A program made the position numbers and the translations under genes. A stretch of DNA of 24,959 bases from Ginkgo biloba (Eukaryota; Plantae; Ginkgophyta): the NCBI GenBank assembly GCA_024626585.2, contig JANKJI020000004.1, forward strand, positions 113,200,713 to 113,225,671, written 5' to 3'. Shown here piece by piece: positions 22,965 to 24,959 of this stretch. Position 1 is the stretch's first letter; each line of letters starts with the position of its first letter. The notes beneath the pieces were generated by a model, which had not been told where the DNA came from, ran no database searches, and worked only from the letters and a program-made list of their open reading frames with translations.

Positions 22965-23460
22965 TTACATGGTCAGGTCATTGGGATTCTTGAAACAAAT
23001 CAATCCAAAGAGAAGGATTCTATCGATAACGAAGAGCCCAAGTTATTTTTAGGGATAAGGTTTGGATTCACCTTACCAAGAGTAATTATGTATTATACAC
23101 ATCATAATATTAATATAATCCAATGTGGACCATATATCATCATCAAACTAGTCAATACCAATACATTTTAGTTGGATTTTCCCATACATATTACCATATA
23201 TGATGTGGTTCAGCAATAGTCTTCTAGAAATATATGAGGCACCAACATTAGATATAGAAATAAATTATAATCATATATAGGAATGTATTCATCACTTCCA
23301 ACCTCCATTTTAGTTAGAAACCCTCTTTGATATCAATGTTCACTCTAGTATGTGCAATCTAACAACTTCATGCGTGGTTGCAAAGAAGGGACAACTTCCT
23401 CACTAAGGAAAGTGGGTATCTCAATCATGGTTTCAACAATAATTTTTATAATTTATTGGG
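22965..23460 (+). mobile_element. Ty3/gypsy (CRM-like) integrase C-terminal remnant
   Basis: LHGQVIGILETNQSK..GDKVWIHLTK..IQCGPYIIIKLVNTNTF*LDFP..IYDVV..LEIYEAP..KKGQLPH*GKWVSQ matches the GDxVWLH..GPF/Y..NAFxLDLP..LYEPP pattern and its C-terminal motif. Confidence 0.85.
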
Positions 23461-24959
23461 AGTACTAGGGTATAGTACCTATTATCTATGAGTAAATGAT
23501 GAGATTCACACCTATACTAAGTAGATATCCTTTTCACTTACTTAAAATTCATGTATTGAACACCTTTAATAGATAGATTTCTATATGATTACACTTGTTA
23601 CTCATAAAATTATATTGTAACTAATTTATTNNNNNNNNNNNNNNNNNNNNNNNNNNNNNNNNNNNNNNNNNNNNNNNNNNNNNNNNNNNNNNNNNNNNNN
23701 NNNNNNNNNNNNNNNNNNNNNNNNNNNNNNTAAAGTGTCATAATACTTAAGAAACATAAGTAAAATAGATGAATAATAAATGTTGTAATCATGAGTGATT
23801 AGTTGTTAAGTAGTTATTGGGTATTTTGGGATTCAAAGATATAAATTGGTCATTGTAAGAATGTAATGGACAAAGAAAATTTTGTATTGATGTATAAATT
23901 AATACAAAGGTTCTTTTCATTTCTCTTCAGTTTTTTCCAGTGCTCACACTCTTGAAGACCATATAGCTCACTACATTCTAATTTATACTATTTTATATGC
24001 TAAAGTAGTTATAGTACTTATCATGACATGTATATATGATGATATTTAATTTTATCATGATTTTACACACATGCACGCACACGCGCATTTATTTTACTTT
24101 TTAAATTTACTTTCATTGATTTCTTCCATGCAAGGTTAAAAAATCATAAAATCCAAATATCATGAATAATCACTAAAATTAAAAGAGTAAAATAAAAAAA
24201 ATGTAACCTATATAAATATAAAATCAAACTAATGTGCATACATAAAATTTTTAATAATTACCTTATGCATGCATGCACACACTCACACACATAAAAATTC
24301 CCCTTCATACTTTAGATTTTTCATTAGATTATAGGAAGGAGTTTGTCATGTGATTTCATTAGGCATAAATTATCGTAAGATCCATTTATTAAATTAGGAA
24401 ATGATAAGCCATCCATATGAGTGAGCTTATGTGCACTATTTTTGTACTTTTCTTTGCATGGAACCAACCATCTTGAGACTAATTTTCTAGTGCCTAATTT
24501 CTTATTAATTCATAACATTACAAAATTAACTCTCCTGGGCTAAAAATTATTAGTCTTAATTTATATCATAAGTGAATTTGACCATCTTTTGATGTGATTC
24601 AATATTTTAGAATGCATGTACTATTTCTTTATGTATCTTTTCAAGTTGTGATAATCTAGTATGATAATAATAAGTATCATAATGCTAGTTATGAGTAATA
24701 ATATTCAAGGTAGGAACCTAAATTTATACACATAAGATTTCTTCTTGGACATTAATTAATGAAAAAGAAGTGAAACTAATTACAACTTTTACAGTTGTAT
24801 AGAAGGCCCAAAGTGTTAAATGGATTGTAAGATGCTAGTATTTCTAATATTCATTAGGAATATTTTAGAATATAGTCTTCAACATTTTATTGAAAGACTT
24901 AGTTTATCCATTGGCTTAGGGATATTGGGATGATTTTTTGATGTGGTCAATCCATATTT

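Noticed and set aside
24064-24292. Short CA/GC alternating tracts
   Set aside because: Too short and impure to call microsatellites or Z-DNA elements.

Overview
Eukaryotic, AT-rich, gappy draft-assembly DNA, most likely from a gymnosperm or other large-genome plant (inferred from the TIR and Ty3/gypsy families recognised by eye). I find no intact gene. The window holds (i) a decayed TIR-NB-ARC immune-receptor pseudogene (1671-2786, +) with its TIR/NB intron still readable; (ii) a pile of ancient Ty3/gypsy LTR-retrotransposon remnants from at least three lineages: CRM-like chromovirus fragments, a YLDDW-type non-chromovirus pol on the minus strand, and a Tat element with the uncommon PROT-aRH-RT-(RH)-INT order plus a second Tat-like gag; (iii) a 21-bp minisatellite, a 136-bp tandem duplication and a canonical Helitron 3' end; and (iv) a roughly 1.3 kb island (about 20620-21900) that has escaped the CG/CHG erosion seen elsewhere and carries short minus-strand ORFs, including a 46-aa single-TM candidate. 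The island is the best lead for something undescribed, but the evidence for function is weak. All protein calls come from manual translation and recalled motifs; no searches were run.
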